Positions 36,252-49,588 are shown, counted from the stretch's first letter. The stretch is 64,000 nucleotides of DNA from Mytilus trossulus (GCF_036588685.1 NC_086375.1:69130001-69194000); one strand, 5' to 3'. Notes: generated by a model not told the origin, from the sequence alone. A program made the numbers and translations.

Positions 36252-38589
36252 TCATACTAACAGTAAGTATAAGAAATAAAATAATTAACATAATTAATCA
36301 TTATGACGTACAGTATTACATCATTTTGCTCTGTATATCTTTATATTGAAGATGTGGGGTAAAAGTCAATGAGAAGTCAACATAATAGCACAATAATATT
36401 AGAATTGAAAGCATCTTTATATACTGTGCCACATTCTGTTTCAACAAAAGTAACAATCCAACATTTTAAACTTTTAATCTATAATAAAATGCATGTTATC
36501 AAAGAATGTTCAACAACACATCCATTCAGGAAAGTCGCTTTAATCTATAAAAAAAACTTATTTATTCTCTCAACAAAGTAATCTGCTAAAAGAGAAATCA
36601 AGCCTCTTTTCATTGTAAATTAAGTGTACAATATGAGCTTTTAAGGAATAACGATTTAAAACCATTGAACGCTCTATAAATTTATGGAATCTAAAATGTT
36701 AAATGTAATTCAATTATGCACATATATAGTTTTTATTTTCTTGATTTGTCCTCTATCAAATTTTAACTTGTGCACTTTCAATTTTCAAATGGTGATCATA
36801 TTTTATCTTTCTTTAGTATGGTTCCAAAGCAACAAATGCAGCAGTTGATCTATAAAAGTCTGATGTCCAGTGCTGAAAAATGTGACAAGATTAGTAAATC
36901 ACTCATACAGTAGAGACAGGTTTATCACATCAGCTCATCAATTAATCACTCACGGTGAGAGAGAGAGAGTATATCGCCAATTAAGCAAAGCGAAGAGTTT
37001 AAGCCAACAGTGTAGACATGTAATGAAAAAGCATACATCAATAAACACGTTGGCCATACATCTTACATCTCTATATATACACAGGGTCCATCAATAAGTA
37101 CATACTTTAATGACACTAACAGGAAAAGAGAGAGAGAGTAAGAAAGGGAGAGAAAGATAGAGAGAGGGATGCATTCGAACAGATATTATGGAAAAATAAT
37201 CCTAAGCATCAAGAAAGGCATATTTAGCAGGGAAAATAAATAAACAAGACAGAGGCGTGTTTGGATGGAACTATTCATTTAAAATCACATGTACATTTAA
37301 AAAATATATTCAAAGACATGTTACAATTATCAACGCCATTTGTGTGGATATAAACATAGTTTCCTTTGAACACATTATTAGTCAGCAAAAAGGATAAACA
37401 TTAATGCAATTGTATAACCAATATTAATATATAACTAAAATGTCATTTACAATGAATAAAGAAATATCTCACATAAATATTTGTTTGTTTCACACACTGC
37501 ATTTTCAGATGTTTGAAAAAAACAAGCAATTGCATTAACCTATTTCTCACGAGCTCACTCTCTACGTTTTTCTTCTAATCACGAATCACATATAAAACCC
37601 ATGTTAAAGGTCAATTCACAGCAAAACTAATACTCATAAAAAGATGAATATCAATAGGCTACACTATAATTACAAAATATGAATCAAAAAGTAAAAATTC
37701 AAAACAGAAAGACCCTTATCAAAAGGCAAAATCAAAAGCTCAAACACACCAAACCAATGGAAAACAATTGTCATATTACTCCCTTGGTAAGACATTTTCT
37801 TAAGAGTAGTTGATTAAACCTAGTTGTATATCTAGCTAAACATCTCACTTGTATGACAGTCGCATAAAATCAAAAACAAAAACTAGGAAAGTGTTTGATT
37901 ATAATAACTTTTGTGGACTTCTTCTTTTAGAGTTTGCCTTGGAGTTCGGTATTTTTGTTATACTTTTCCCAATACAGGAATTTGAACAGGCATTTCCTTG
38001 TTTAGAAAATAGTGAAATAAACCTAGTTTTACAGCTATCTAAACCTCCCACTTGTATGAGTCGCAAAAAAAATCCATTTTATTGAATAAAAATCATATAT
38101 AATAGGTAAAATGTCAAAATCGGGGGTACAGTAGTCAACAATGTGTTATCACATCAGTCACTATAAAAACAAACAAACATGTTAACCAAGAAAAACAAAA
38201 TGGCATATATACAAAGCACATAAGCAAAACTGAAAGACAATAATGTAAAAATTTACCATAGCATGATTACACAATGACCGGATGTATACAGACCGAGCCA
38301 CTACAAAGGAACCTTACCAAATAAAGGTGACTAACAGTAGCATATCGCTGTTCAAACACATCAACTTTACAAGGGAAACAACGGAATAACAATGCACAGA
38401 AGTGTAACAAAAACCATACAATAAGGCAACATAAAACAAACTATTGGATTACAACTGCCATATTCCCGACTTGGTACAGGAAAAATAGAATAACCAGTTA
38501 AGATAATAATTTTTGAACAAAACACATTTACACGTAATTAAGATGATAAGAATATATACTACAAGACCATCATGTAAAGTTGATACAGA

Positions 38590-38960
38590 ATATCAATCAA
38601 CCAGATCTTGGTATCGACCAAAGAACTTTTTAATAGAAAGGACGAGAGGATTACTGTGGTTCGTCAACTTGTTGCCAATACACTGTTGGCGTTTTATAAA
38701 GTCTGAGTACCAGCTGTAATCTCTTGAGTACTGAATGAGTTGGGATATGTATATCCCATAATGTATAGTTCTGTAGGGTATATTGATTGAACCCAATAGG
38801 AAAAGTGTTAACTGCTAATTCATAATCATTAATATATTTGAATGTGAAATTGAATGATATGGCTTCTTTGATCTTTTGTTTGACAGATGTTTGAAGGAAA
38901 TCCGACTCATATAAAAATAAGAAAAGTTCGACAAGGGGACATCACTCCAATGTTTGCAAC
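38590..38960 (-). pseudogene. Penelope-like RT C-terminal remnant
   Basis: YGIYISQLIQYSR...KKFFGRYQDLVD. Confidence 0.75.
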
Positions 38961-41713
38961 AGCTGAGATGGTTCATTAGGGAGGTTAGGCTTGCAATAAA
39001 ACCCACTGGTTCAACCCTTCATGTTTTCTAAAAATGTCCACAACCAAGTCAGGAATATGGCAGTTGTTATCAAACAGTTCGTTTTTATGTACATGTTGGC
39101 GTATGTTTCTGTTGCCTTTAAGTGTTCCTGTTGTTCCTATGTTTTCGCATATAGTTGATGTGTTTCCATTTATCGATTAATGACTTTTTATGTCGGTATA
39201 CTACTGATGCCTTTTCATCAGTACAAACCTACGATGTTAAAACATCAGTTTAAAAACTACTGCCACTTTAATTCATCATATTTTAATAGTTCCTTGGGGC
39301 AGTGACGATGAACCTTATATGGGGGGAAATAGAACAAAAATACCGAGCTCTAAGACAACCTTTAGAAGGAAATGTCCACAAAAATTGACATAATTAAACA
39401 CTTTCCTGGTTTTTATTTTTGATTTTATGCGACTAATATACAAGTGAGAGGTTTAGCTAGCTATAAAACCAGGTTGAGTCCATCATTTTCTACTTAAGAA
39501 AATGTCTGAACCAAGTCAGGAATATGACAGTTGCTGTTCAATCGTTTGACGTGTTTGTGTTTTTGATTTTGTAAATTTAGGGAGTTTACGTTTTGATTTT
39601 TACTCGGAGTTCAGTATTTTTGTGATTTTAATTTTTTTTCAATCAAAGGAAAACAGTTCCAATACTTGGTAATTTTTATTCAGAGTGTGTAATTTGAAGC
39701 TGAGGAAAAGAAACCCCATGTTATACATGGGAATCCGTATGGCAGCTCGCGTTATTTCTAAAAGGTATATTAAATCTCGTGCCTCTTGTATGGAGAGTGC
39801 CATTGCTCCACATACATTTAGATCTCTTTGGTCGTTCTACGGGTGGCATTTTGTCAGCTTATTAAATAAAGGCAACAGTAGTATACTTCTGTTCGAAATT
39901 CATAAATCGATTAAGAAAAAAAAAACAAATCCGGGTTACAAACCAAAACTGAGGGAAACGCATCAAATATAAGAGGAGAATTTCATGTACGACTCAACAG
40001 AAACACAACATTAAAATTTAACATGTGGTGTTTTCCCCTGAGATGTCACCACAGATATTATCTATATTAGCCAGCTATAAAACATGGTTCCACCATTTTC
40101 AAAATAAGGGAATGCCTGAACCTAGCCTTTGATGTATTTGAGCTTTTGATTTTGCCATTTTATAATGAACTTTTCCGTTTTGAATTTCTCTTGGAGTTCT
40201 GTATTTTTGTTAATCCAATTTTAAATGGATTTTGATTGTTATATCAGTCAATTATCATATAACTAATGGTATAGTCTCCTCCAACTTAGTTTTTGTTTGC
40301 ATGGCTTCTTTTGTGACTAAAAAAATGAGCATATTGTGCTCCTGGCGCATCTAAATTATTGTAATTTTGTAACCGGAGAAATATTTATTACCATTTATAA
40401 TTTAAATTTATACTGTAGCGTGAAGTGGGCATTTGTTTCTTAAATGGAGTATTTACACTTTGCTCTTAGGACGGGTTCTTGTCTCTTTGACACAGTCCGT
40501 TTTTCCATTCTCCATTCTATGCATACTAGTCTAATGGTAAAATAACTATGTGTTAGTAGTGAGCGATAGTGTGAGTTCGAACTAGTAGTCTTTTTTCAGT
40601 AACTGTGTTCTTGTATAATATATATGAATTTTTTTCTTTTTAAACAGGATAGTCAGTGTTTATTCCAATATCAATAGTCAGGTGGTGATGGAAGTGGTAA
40701 TGTAAAATTATGACTACTTATAATGATAAATAAAAGAAAGGTTGGATGCAGTTTTTCATAAGTTCTATTCTATATAGCATGGCTTGCACTAAACTGAACA
40801 CTCTTGTTTGACATTGGTGAAAGAAAGCTTTCTTTTTACAATAAAGAGAACAATTTTAAAGATTGCCTTTCCAACCTGAGAGGTTTAGCTAGCTATAAAT
40901 TCATGTTTAATATTCAGCATTTTCTGCATAAGCAAATGCCTGTTTCGAGTCAGGAATATGACAGTGTTATTTTTCTATTAGCTTGAAATGGTTTGTTTTT
41001 TTAGGTTTTGATTTTGCCATTTTATAAAGGACTTACCGTTTCGTAGTAATCTTGGAGTTATGTATTTTTGTTATTTTTTCTTGGATTCTGATTGTTCATT
41101 CATAAATATAGGAAGACGTGTTATGAGTGCCAAGAGACAACTCTCTATCCAAGTGACAATTTACAAATGTGTAAAGGCAAACCATGCATGGCACTATGTT
41201 TTACCACATGGTGCTTCACTGTTTAGTTTTTGAATAATTGGACTCATATTTTCACAAGTTTTTGGTTTGTATCTGTCCCTGAGATGTCGGCACAGATATT
41301 TCTACTGAAGAAGAAACCCTGCTTCATTGTCTCAGGTGTTCATCTAATCCTCTCAAAAGGCTATAGCATGCAATATATACATCAATAGACGCAGAATGAG
41401 GGATAGTTGATTTTTGATCATGATTTTAAAGAACGATAAAATTTAAGAATATTAAAAGTCAGTCAATCTGATGCGGTGAAGAATAAATTATAGATTTCAT
41501 AATTTGATATAATGTGATATGTTTTTAAAAAATAGTATAATATTTGAACTTTAAATTGAATATTATAGTGAAAAATAGATTTATATTGATTTTAGAAATA
41601 AAATATGGATATGATTTTATTTATTGTATTTCCGCATTTAAAGGGGAGATAATTTATTTTTGTATCTCTCTGCAAGACACACAATTTTGTTTATCTTATT
41701 TATGATCCTATAT

Positions 41714-43008
41714 GGGCGTTTTTCAATAAAAAAGCGTTCCTTTCAGACCTAAAAAAAGTAGAAAATCAACTTGTCTAAATTTAATTTCAAGAGTTATTTT
41801 GAACACCTCTATAATAGACCTGTTTGTAAACAAAAAGTGCAATCTTAAATATTCTTTAAAATGATATTATTTTCATAATTTGTGTACTGTTTGAAATGTT
41901 TCCTATAGGCATTCCAGTTTGTTTACTTTAAATACTAGGAAAATATCATTTTTTCTGAATTAGAAAACCATTTTTATCGATAAAGATTAGACAGTACTTC
42001 ATAAATGAAGGTTCAATTAACTCATGTTACGTAGTGGACATTTTGATGCGTTTCGTAGTGGACTAAACCGTTTCGTAGTGGACAAAAAGTTTGTAGTTGA
42101 CATCAACCCTATCATATGTTAATAAAAACATAATAAAAATTACATGAAACTAACCCTTGTTATTTGTTTTGCACGAATATAATTGAAAACAGATTAAAAA
42201 AAGACTGCATGGTAGTGGTAGTGTCCACTACGAAACTTTTTTCTCTCGTAATTGTTTCGTTGGGGACCGTTTCGTAATTCGTATTCCCCCCCCCCCCCCC
42301 TCCGAAATCCCTATATTGCAATAGTAACAAGACTGATTGTATTCATCAAAGCATTTATCAAGCTGTACACTGATAGTTTTTCTTAATTTTAAAATTTTAA
42401 AACCAGATACGGAAGGAGATTTTACCCGTTTCGTAGTGGACATAATCAAAAATACAGCATCACTCTGGTCCATTTGATGTGCTCAATTTTTATTACCAAC
42501 AATTAAATTGCCGTTATAAAAGCATCACTTCTTTTGTAAGACCCTAATGTTTATATCTCTTGCAAACACAAATTACATTGAATTTATAAAACTGTTTATT
42601 GGCAAAATTTAATGACTTCGTTTCGTAGTGGACATTTTGTGAGGGACACACCTTCTGAAATTAAAAAACCTTTATTGAAAGCTGTTTATTAAAATATGTT
42701 GGCTCTGAACATACTTTTGAATTTTTAAAGAACTTATGTAAAGTAAAAAAAACTTTATTTCTTCATATTTTTACGATATTTTAGAGTATGAATGTTGAAC
42801 AGGCGGTCTAGGGATATGCAATATTGGTTGTTTTGGACCATTCAGGAGTCAATATCTTATCAATCCCTCTAAAAAAACTGTTTCTTTGCTTAAGAATGTT
42901 AAATCTAATTCAATGTACTGACTGCACAAAAAATTACTTGCAAAGATTAAACACATTTTTTTTTAAAGTGGCTGGGACAAGAAAATACGTTTTTATTGAA
43001 AAACGCCC
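41714..43008. mobile_element. Non-autonomous DNA transposon (Sola1-like candidate)
   Basis: TIR GGGCGTTTTTCAATAAAAA, ATAT flanks, internal CGTTTCGTAGTGGAC repeats. Confidence 0.75.
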
Positions 43009-44440
43009 ATATAGTGACGTGCATCTGCTGAAATTTCAGCTAATAAAAGTTAATTTAAATCAAACAATGATAGTAGGTTATTAATACTAAAACAAATATT
43101 AACAACAAGTTGGTAAATAAACTATTTAAAATCTTTTTGTGGTAGGGGTTGATACTATCAATGAGGGTCTGGATGTTTCAACCTCATTACTAACTAGGTT
43201 GTCATTAATCTGCCTTCAACCCCTAGGGTATAAATGTGCATTTCATAATAAATAAATAAATTAATGCGTATTCTGCGAATTGTTCCTTATAAAATAGACC
43301 TAACAGTTCGACGGCACACATGGGGCAGATTGTTCGTTCAAAATGTTATATAGCGGAGGGACGTTGAGGATTACAAAATTATAGATATTATTGCCGAGCA
43401 GAGCAAGGTGAACATATGGAACGCTTAAATGACTATTTTAAGAATCATATATATTTTTTTTATTGAAGGAAGGTTGGAGAGCACACTTTGAGTTTCAAAG
43501 TTAAGGTATGGCAACTCTACCCTACCCCTGTGTACACATGGTACACGCCGCTACGTGTAGTATCGGGCCACCGTTTATCCTAATGTTTATAATCCATTTT
43601 GATTATTAAAACACCAAAGACGGCCTAATATTTTCCATTTTTTCGTACAAATTTGAATATCTGGAATAATCAGGAACTAGATCAATTGCATTACTGTATA
43701 TCATATATGTTTGGTTTGTAATATAAGGTACAAGTATGGAGCAGCTAAATATCATTCATAGGTCGGTTTTATTACAGGCAGTAACTAAACGAAAATTTTA
43801 GTTCTCAATAACTACTTAACTGAATTCCCAACATGGCCATGTGCATTTTTATAGTTATTATTTTCGTAAGATGTTGTCTTAAGTTAAATTTACATATGTC
43901 AAGTTGCCTTTAGGAGAATTTGGTGTTGATCGCAGATCATTGATAGTCTTGTTAAGTTTAATCTCAACTTATCTAAACTAGAGGCGAATTAGATACATAT
44001 AAGTTTTGCAGATTTACATGTATCCAGATTACACCTAGAGATACCCTATATATGATAAAACTTTTATAATTTATAACTATACAATTATACTGAGGAATTG
44101 TCCAGTGTAATCTCCCAAATCGAAATAATAAAACAGTTTATATAACAAACCAAAATTAACTTGAAAAGATTTGACAAATACTTGTTTAAATCGGCCACAA
44201 AAACAATTAGCAAATACCTCGAAATTTAACAATAGAAAATGCAGACTAGTTTACTGAATTAAACTGATGCAAGAATATTAGGTAAAATTGAAGAAGATTA
44301 ATACATACAATATTATAAGATTATCTTAATCTTCCAAACTTAACTTTGACACATTCACCATTTCCTTTCTCAATTTTATAAACCTTTCACAATAAAAAAT
44401 AAAAATAATAAAGTTCCTAACTGAATCATCACAAATACAC

Positions 44441-45540
44441 ACAAGAGTGCACACACTGAAATGTCTCGCCTTCTTTATTAATCATTGATATTATGTTGAT
44501 AGTCCTAAATATAAAGCTTTATTAAAACTGTCACATAAACTTAACATGAACCAAGATAACTAAACATATACCAATGAACCATGAAAATGAGGTCAAGGTC
44601 AGATGAACCATGCCAGGCAGACATGAACATCTAACAATTCTTCCATACATCAAATACAGTTGACCTATTGCTTATAGTTTAAGAAAAACAAACCAAAACA
44701 TAAAAAGTCAACACTGAGCAATGGATTGTGAAAATTAGGTCAAGGTCAAATAAAGACTGCGCTACTGACATATAGATCATAAAATATTTCCATACACCAA
44801 ATATAGTTGATTAATGGCATATAGTATCAGAGAAAAACACCAAATCTGAAAAACTTTACTTTGACCACTGAACCATGAAAATGAGGTCAAGGTCAGATGG
44901 CATCTGCCCACTAGACATGCACACCTTTCAATCATTCCATACAACAATTATAGCAGACCTATTGCATAAAGTATGAGAAAAACAGACCAAAACACAAAAA
45001 TCTAACTGTAACCACTGAACCATGAAAATGAGGTCAAGGTCAGATGACACCTGCCAGTTGGACATGTACAGCTTACAGCCCTTCCATACACCGAATATAC
45101 TAGACCTACTGCTTATAGTATCTCAGATATGGACTTGACCACCAAAACTTAACCTTGTTCACTGATCCATGAAATGAGGTCGAGGTCAAGTGAAAACTGT
45201 CTGACGGGCATGAGGACCTTGCAAGGAAGGCACATACCAAATATAGTTATCCTATTACTTATAATAAGAGAGAATTTAACATTACAAAAAAGTTGAACTT
45301 TTTTTTCAATCAATCACTGAACTATGAAAATGAGGTCAAGGACATTGGACATGTGACTGACGGAAACTTCGTAACATGGGGCCTCTATATACAAAGTATG
45401 AAGTATTCAGGTCTTCTACCTTATAAAATATAAAGCTTTAAAGAAGTTAGCTAACGCCACCGCCGCCGTAGCCGCCGCCGTAGCCGGATCACTATCCCTA
45501 AGTCGAGCTTTCTGCAACAAAAGTTGCAGGCTCGACAAAA
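44441..45540. mobile_element. Helentron-associated (HINE-like) element with central ~147-bp tandem array
   Basis: GGTC(A/G)AGG anchors at 44591, 44738, 44885, 45032, 45178, 45334; GCC microsatellite about 45456-45485; terminal hairpin GTCGAGC..CTGCAAC AAAA GTTGCAG GCTCGAC then AAAA. Confidence 0.8.
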
Positions 45541-46205
45541 ACCAGTGATTTTACTAAATTCTGTCCAAAAAAGTTTCAAAATCATATTTTTTCCATTTTT
45601 ACACTGTGAGACATGAATCAACACTGACAAAGATGATCATATTTGTTTATGAGATTTTGAATATTAATTATTTGCCAAATAGAGCTCATCAGCTGCATTC
45701 TTACGTATCACTCACGGTGATTTGAGGAAGAATGAGCATTGATTACAACATGTACAACGATTCTGCACCGTGGTTCATTTCATACAATTTATTCTTTATT
45801 TTTCAACGTCGAATCAATACCAAGACAATGAAATAATTGAAGACCAGATGTGATTTTATTTATGTAAATTATATACATTAACATATGTCGCTATCTCTAT
45901 ATATAGGTTATATTCATGTCCAATGGTTGGTATGATTAAAATTTTAAATAAGAATGGATTTGCATTGAATTGAATAGGACTCGTACACTAGTGTTATTAG
46001 ATATAGGAGCCGTTTAAGTACCGGTATATTTATATTCAAAACTTTGTAAAGGTTTGATCCAAATCAAGCTACCGACTACCTTTTACTTTTCTGGCCTCTT
46101 TAAATGCTAGAAAAATTTAATCGGTGTCAAAAATTGGAATTATTTATTGTCCATGTTGTAAAGCGTCTGTTTACATTGACCAGGAAATAGACCTATAAAC
46201 GTAAA

Positions 46206-46517
46206 ATGTCTGGTAGCGAATGTTTAGCCACCCAAGAGGAGTGCTTAGATGAACCTGAAGCAGACGACCGGACGTTAATGATTCCATTTGAGAATGACCA
46301 AGTGTTACAAGAGCAAAGCCACGCAAATTTGGAGCGTGACGACCACGAAACAATATTAAATTATGTATTCAAGGATAAAAGCAAATGGAAAGTTCTAAAA
46401 TGCGGCGCACAAAAGACGAGGCTACTATTACTTGTAACTTTAATATGTGTTTTTTGTGTATTGCTGATATTATCTGTGATGGCTTTGATTAAAGTGAAGT
46501 CCGCATTGTCGAGCTAA
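46206..46517 (+). CDS. Putative small tail-anchored/type II membrane protein 4 (103 aa)
   Basis: Acidic N-terminus (DDRTLM, ENDQVL, DHETIL), KTR before TM LLLLVTLICVFCVLLILSVMALI. Confidence 0.6.
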   Translation: MSGSECLATQEECLDEPEADDRTLMIPFENDQVLQEQSHANLERDDHETILNYVFKDKSKWKVLKCGAQKTRLLLLVTLICVFCVLLILSVMALIKVKSALSS

Positions 46518-48322
46518 AGGATTATGTAAAGCTAGTACGTTAGGTACGTATGATTGGCGAGTTACAAATGTATGTACCATACTACATTTAACAATTGTAC
46601 ACTAGAACATACAGTTGTGATAATTAACTGGTTTAAAGTGTCAAGAAATCCATTGAAATTCTATCAAATGTATAAAAAAAAAAAAAAAACAACAACAACA
46701 ACAAAGGATTGGAATTTGCTTTAAGCAAGCAGATTGGTCAATGTTTCCAACGTTTTAAACTAAATATCCACTAAGATGGTTTTTTTTTCTCTCTGATATA
46801 GTTCAGATTCACTGCAATGATATTCTCCTGTGAACGTTGAACTACTGAATTATTTATGAACTGAACTTCACATTTTTTTATTCTCATTCTTGACTACCTT
46901 CAAATATACATGTATGTAAAATATGTAAAGATCTATTTTAAAGCGACAGGATCAATATTAAAACATCTAAATGACACTATTGATAGACAAATATACTTTG
47001 GAGTATACATCTGAAATTGAATACATATCTTTCAAACATAGGTATATCTACATATATACTTTATTCTGATAAACCGATGACCATCATGTAGATACAAAGG
47101 TACACAGTAGAGCATAGACATTTTACAATAATATTAAAGTACATGTTGAGGAAATATATAATAGTACAAGGTTCGTATGTTGAGGAAATAAACAATACAA
47201 CAGAGATACATAAATATGTGTACATGTTTATAAAAATGTGCAGTGTATATTAAATAGAAGACCTTAAACAGGAGGAACGAGGGAGAATCCACTTATTCGT
47301 TTATAACTCTAAAAGGCTTACACAAACGTCTAAGCTTAAATTGTTTAGATGTATACATAATTTTCATGAACATTTTTAGTGAGATTTTGTCCTTTTCTTT
47401 CTGTTGAAAAAAAGTTGCATTTGAGGAGGCAATGTCTTTCAAAAGCAAATTGTATATTTTCGACCCAGATATCTTTCGAGTCGATTAAAAAGGGGGGGAA
47501 ACGTTTAAGTTTTATTTCATTTTATTTTTGAACTGACTGGAAAGAGTACACAACCTTTTAAAATGCATGGATTTTTGTACTATTTAGGATAATATTTCAA
47601 GGCATTTGGGCCTTCTATTATGTAAACAACTAGAATTTTAAGCCTATTTGAAAGAAATGGCATACGTCTCTACAAGCTTAACTTTCAGCAGCAATTTTTG
47701 TAGGGGTCTCATCTAACAATCAAATGTATTTATAAAATTAAAAACATGATAATGAAATATTTGGCATAAATAATCAATATCTGATAATTGTTGATACAAA
47801 AAATGGGGCTAAAGATACCAGAAAGACATTCAAGTTCACAGATTGAAACAAACCGACAAACCATTCCTTAAAAAAAAACAGATAAATAAAAGTACACAAG
47901 AAACAACATATATAAAAACTAAAACAACACGAACCCCATCAAAATCTTGGGGTGGTGTCGGGTGGTACGGAAGGGTAGGTAGATCCTGCTACACATGTGG
48001 TACCCGTCGTGTTGTACAAATGACTTTTTCTACTCAGAATGATTTTACAGCTTGTTACAAAATACAAAATGCTGTACATAAATCCGAGTAAAAATGTTGT
48101 TAAGTATCAAAGACTACCAAAGAATTACCATTCATGCCAAATATTTCATTCACATGTTTTTAAAATTGAGTTGCTTTTTCGTTGACATACATCACGCATC
48201 GTATTTTATTCATTCCATACAAACGTTGAAAAATAAAACTGATGTGTAAAAACAAAATAAAATGAGTGCACAATTCCATTTTCATCCTCTCAGAGAATAT
48301 CATGAATATTGTACATATGCTA

Positions 48323-48417
48323 CACAGGCACTTGTCTCAGATTTTCCCCTTATATATACATTGATATAATATCGGTTATATAAATGTATATAGGGGGATC
48401 TGAGACAAGTACCTGTG
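48323..48417. repeat. 95-bp fold-back element (mini-MITE)
   Basis: CACAGGCACTTGTCTCAGAT ... ATCTGAGACAAGTACCTGTG; flanks ATATGCTA / GTATGCTA. Confidence 0.7.
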
Positions 48418-48743
48418 GTATGCTATGCACAGTTCGTCATAGTCTTATTTTAGCTCTTAATTTGAATGAAAGTTGAATACAAATACATTATTTATGAAGT
48501 AGCTACACAATACAAACATGACAAGATCGATAGAGATATAAACTGTTGACGGGTATCGAAAAACCTATAAAGTGTGCATTGTACTATCATGTGCACTTTG
48601 AATAGAATAAATAACCATGAAAAACGTTGTGCGATTTAAACTTGAATTATATACACAGTCAAATCCGACTCACTATCATGATTGATTGTGTATCTAAAAG
48701 TGAATTTTAAAAATATGCAAACATATAAAAGTGAATATATAAC

Positions 48744-49588
48744 ATGACAGAACGTGTTCAATATAGAAGTGTATCACAAGAGGATACTGGTGTATCACAA
48801 GAAGATACAGATGACGAACTTCTAGGGGACCATAAAGTGACGAACGGAAGTACAGTAACAATATTAGGGGGTGATGAGACAGGGACTGTATCAGGAAGTA
48901 ATGTTCGTTTGACTGAAGCTAGTTCTTCATATAGTAATCACAAGAGAATCCAGGAATGTATTTGTAAACCAAAGAACAGGAAAATTGCAATAGGAATTCT
49001 GATATGTACATTCGTTATTATTGTTCTCATTTTATTGGGTGTTGGATTAAGTAATATAAATCTTAAGCATTCTGTTCATGATCCGGATAAGCATTCAAAG
49101 GTTTGTTTTTTTATTCTTTATTTGATAATCAAAGTAAATGTCTGAACTCGCAGTGATAGCCTGCTATCAGTACATATCACCATTATGTCACAAAGGACAT
49201 AAGCAGCGATAGCCTGCTATCAGTACATATTACTTATTAACATGTCACCAAGGACTTACTAGTCAGTGTAAAATCTAAAAGAACAAGTAAAGTACACTTT
49301 AAAAGCCATGCAAGCAGTATACATGTCTAAGGCGGGTCTAATTAAGGCCTGAAATATCAAGTTTAAATTAAAGTTACAGTGACCAAACAAGACAATGACT
49401 AACAAGTACTATTTGTTACAGAGTATCTTAATATAATTATATCAATGTGCCTAGCAACTTCAAACTATAGAACTTTGCTTATTCAGGAAGATCAAGTATA
49501 ACAAAGTGTAATATGTTTACCTTTGTTTATTACTGCAATATAATGTCATTATTTTCTCTTTCAGACTAAAGTTTCTAGCAATGGTTGA
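48744..49588 (+). CDS. Putative small type II membrane protein 5 (about 126 aa; exons 48744-49100 and 49565-49588)
   Basis: YRSV, DTDDELL, KPKNRK before TM IAIGILICTFVIIVLILLGVGL, AAG|GTTTGT phase 0, acceptor ttttctctttcAG then TKVSSNG*. Confidence 0.65.

Noticed and set aside
40650-40712. Acceptor-like site with a short frame
   Set aside because: No upstream exon could be linked
44540-45380. Regularly spaced repeats resembling a CRISPR array
   Set aside because: Whole units are homologous (no unique spacers), eukaryotic context, no cas genes
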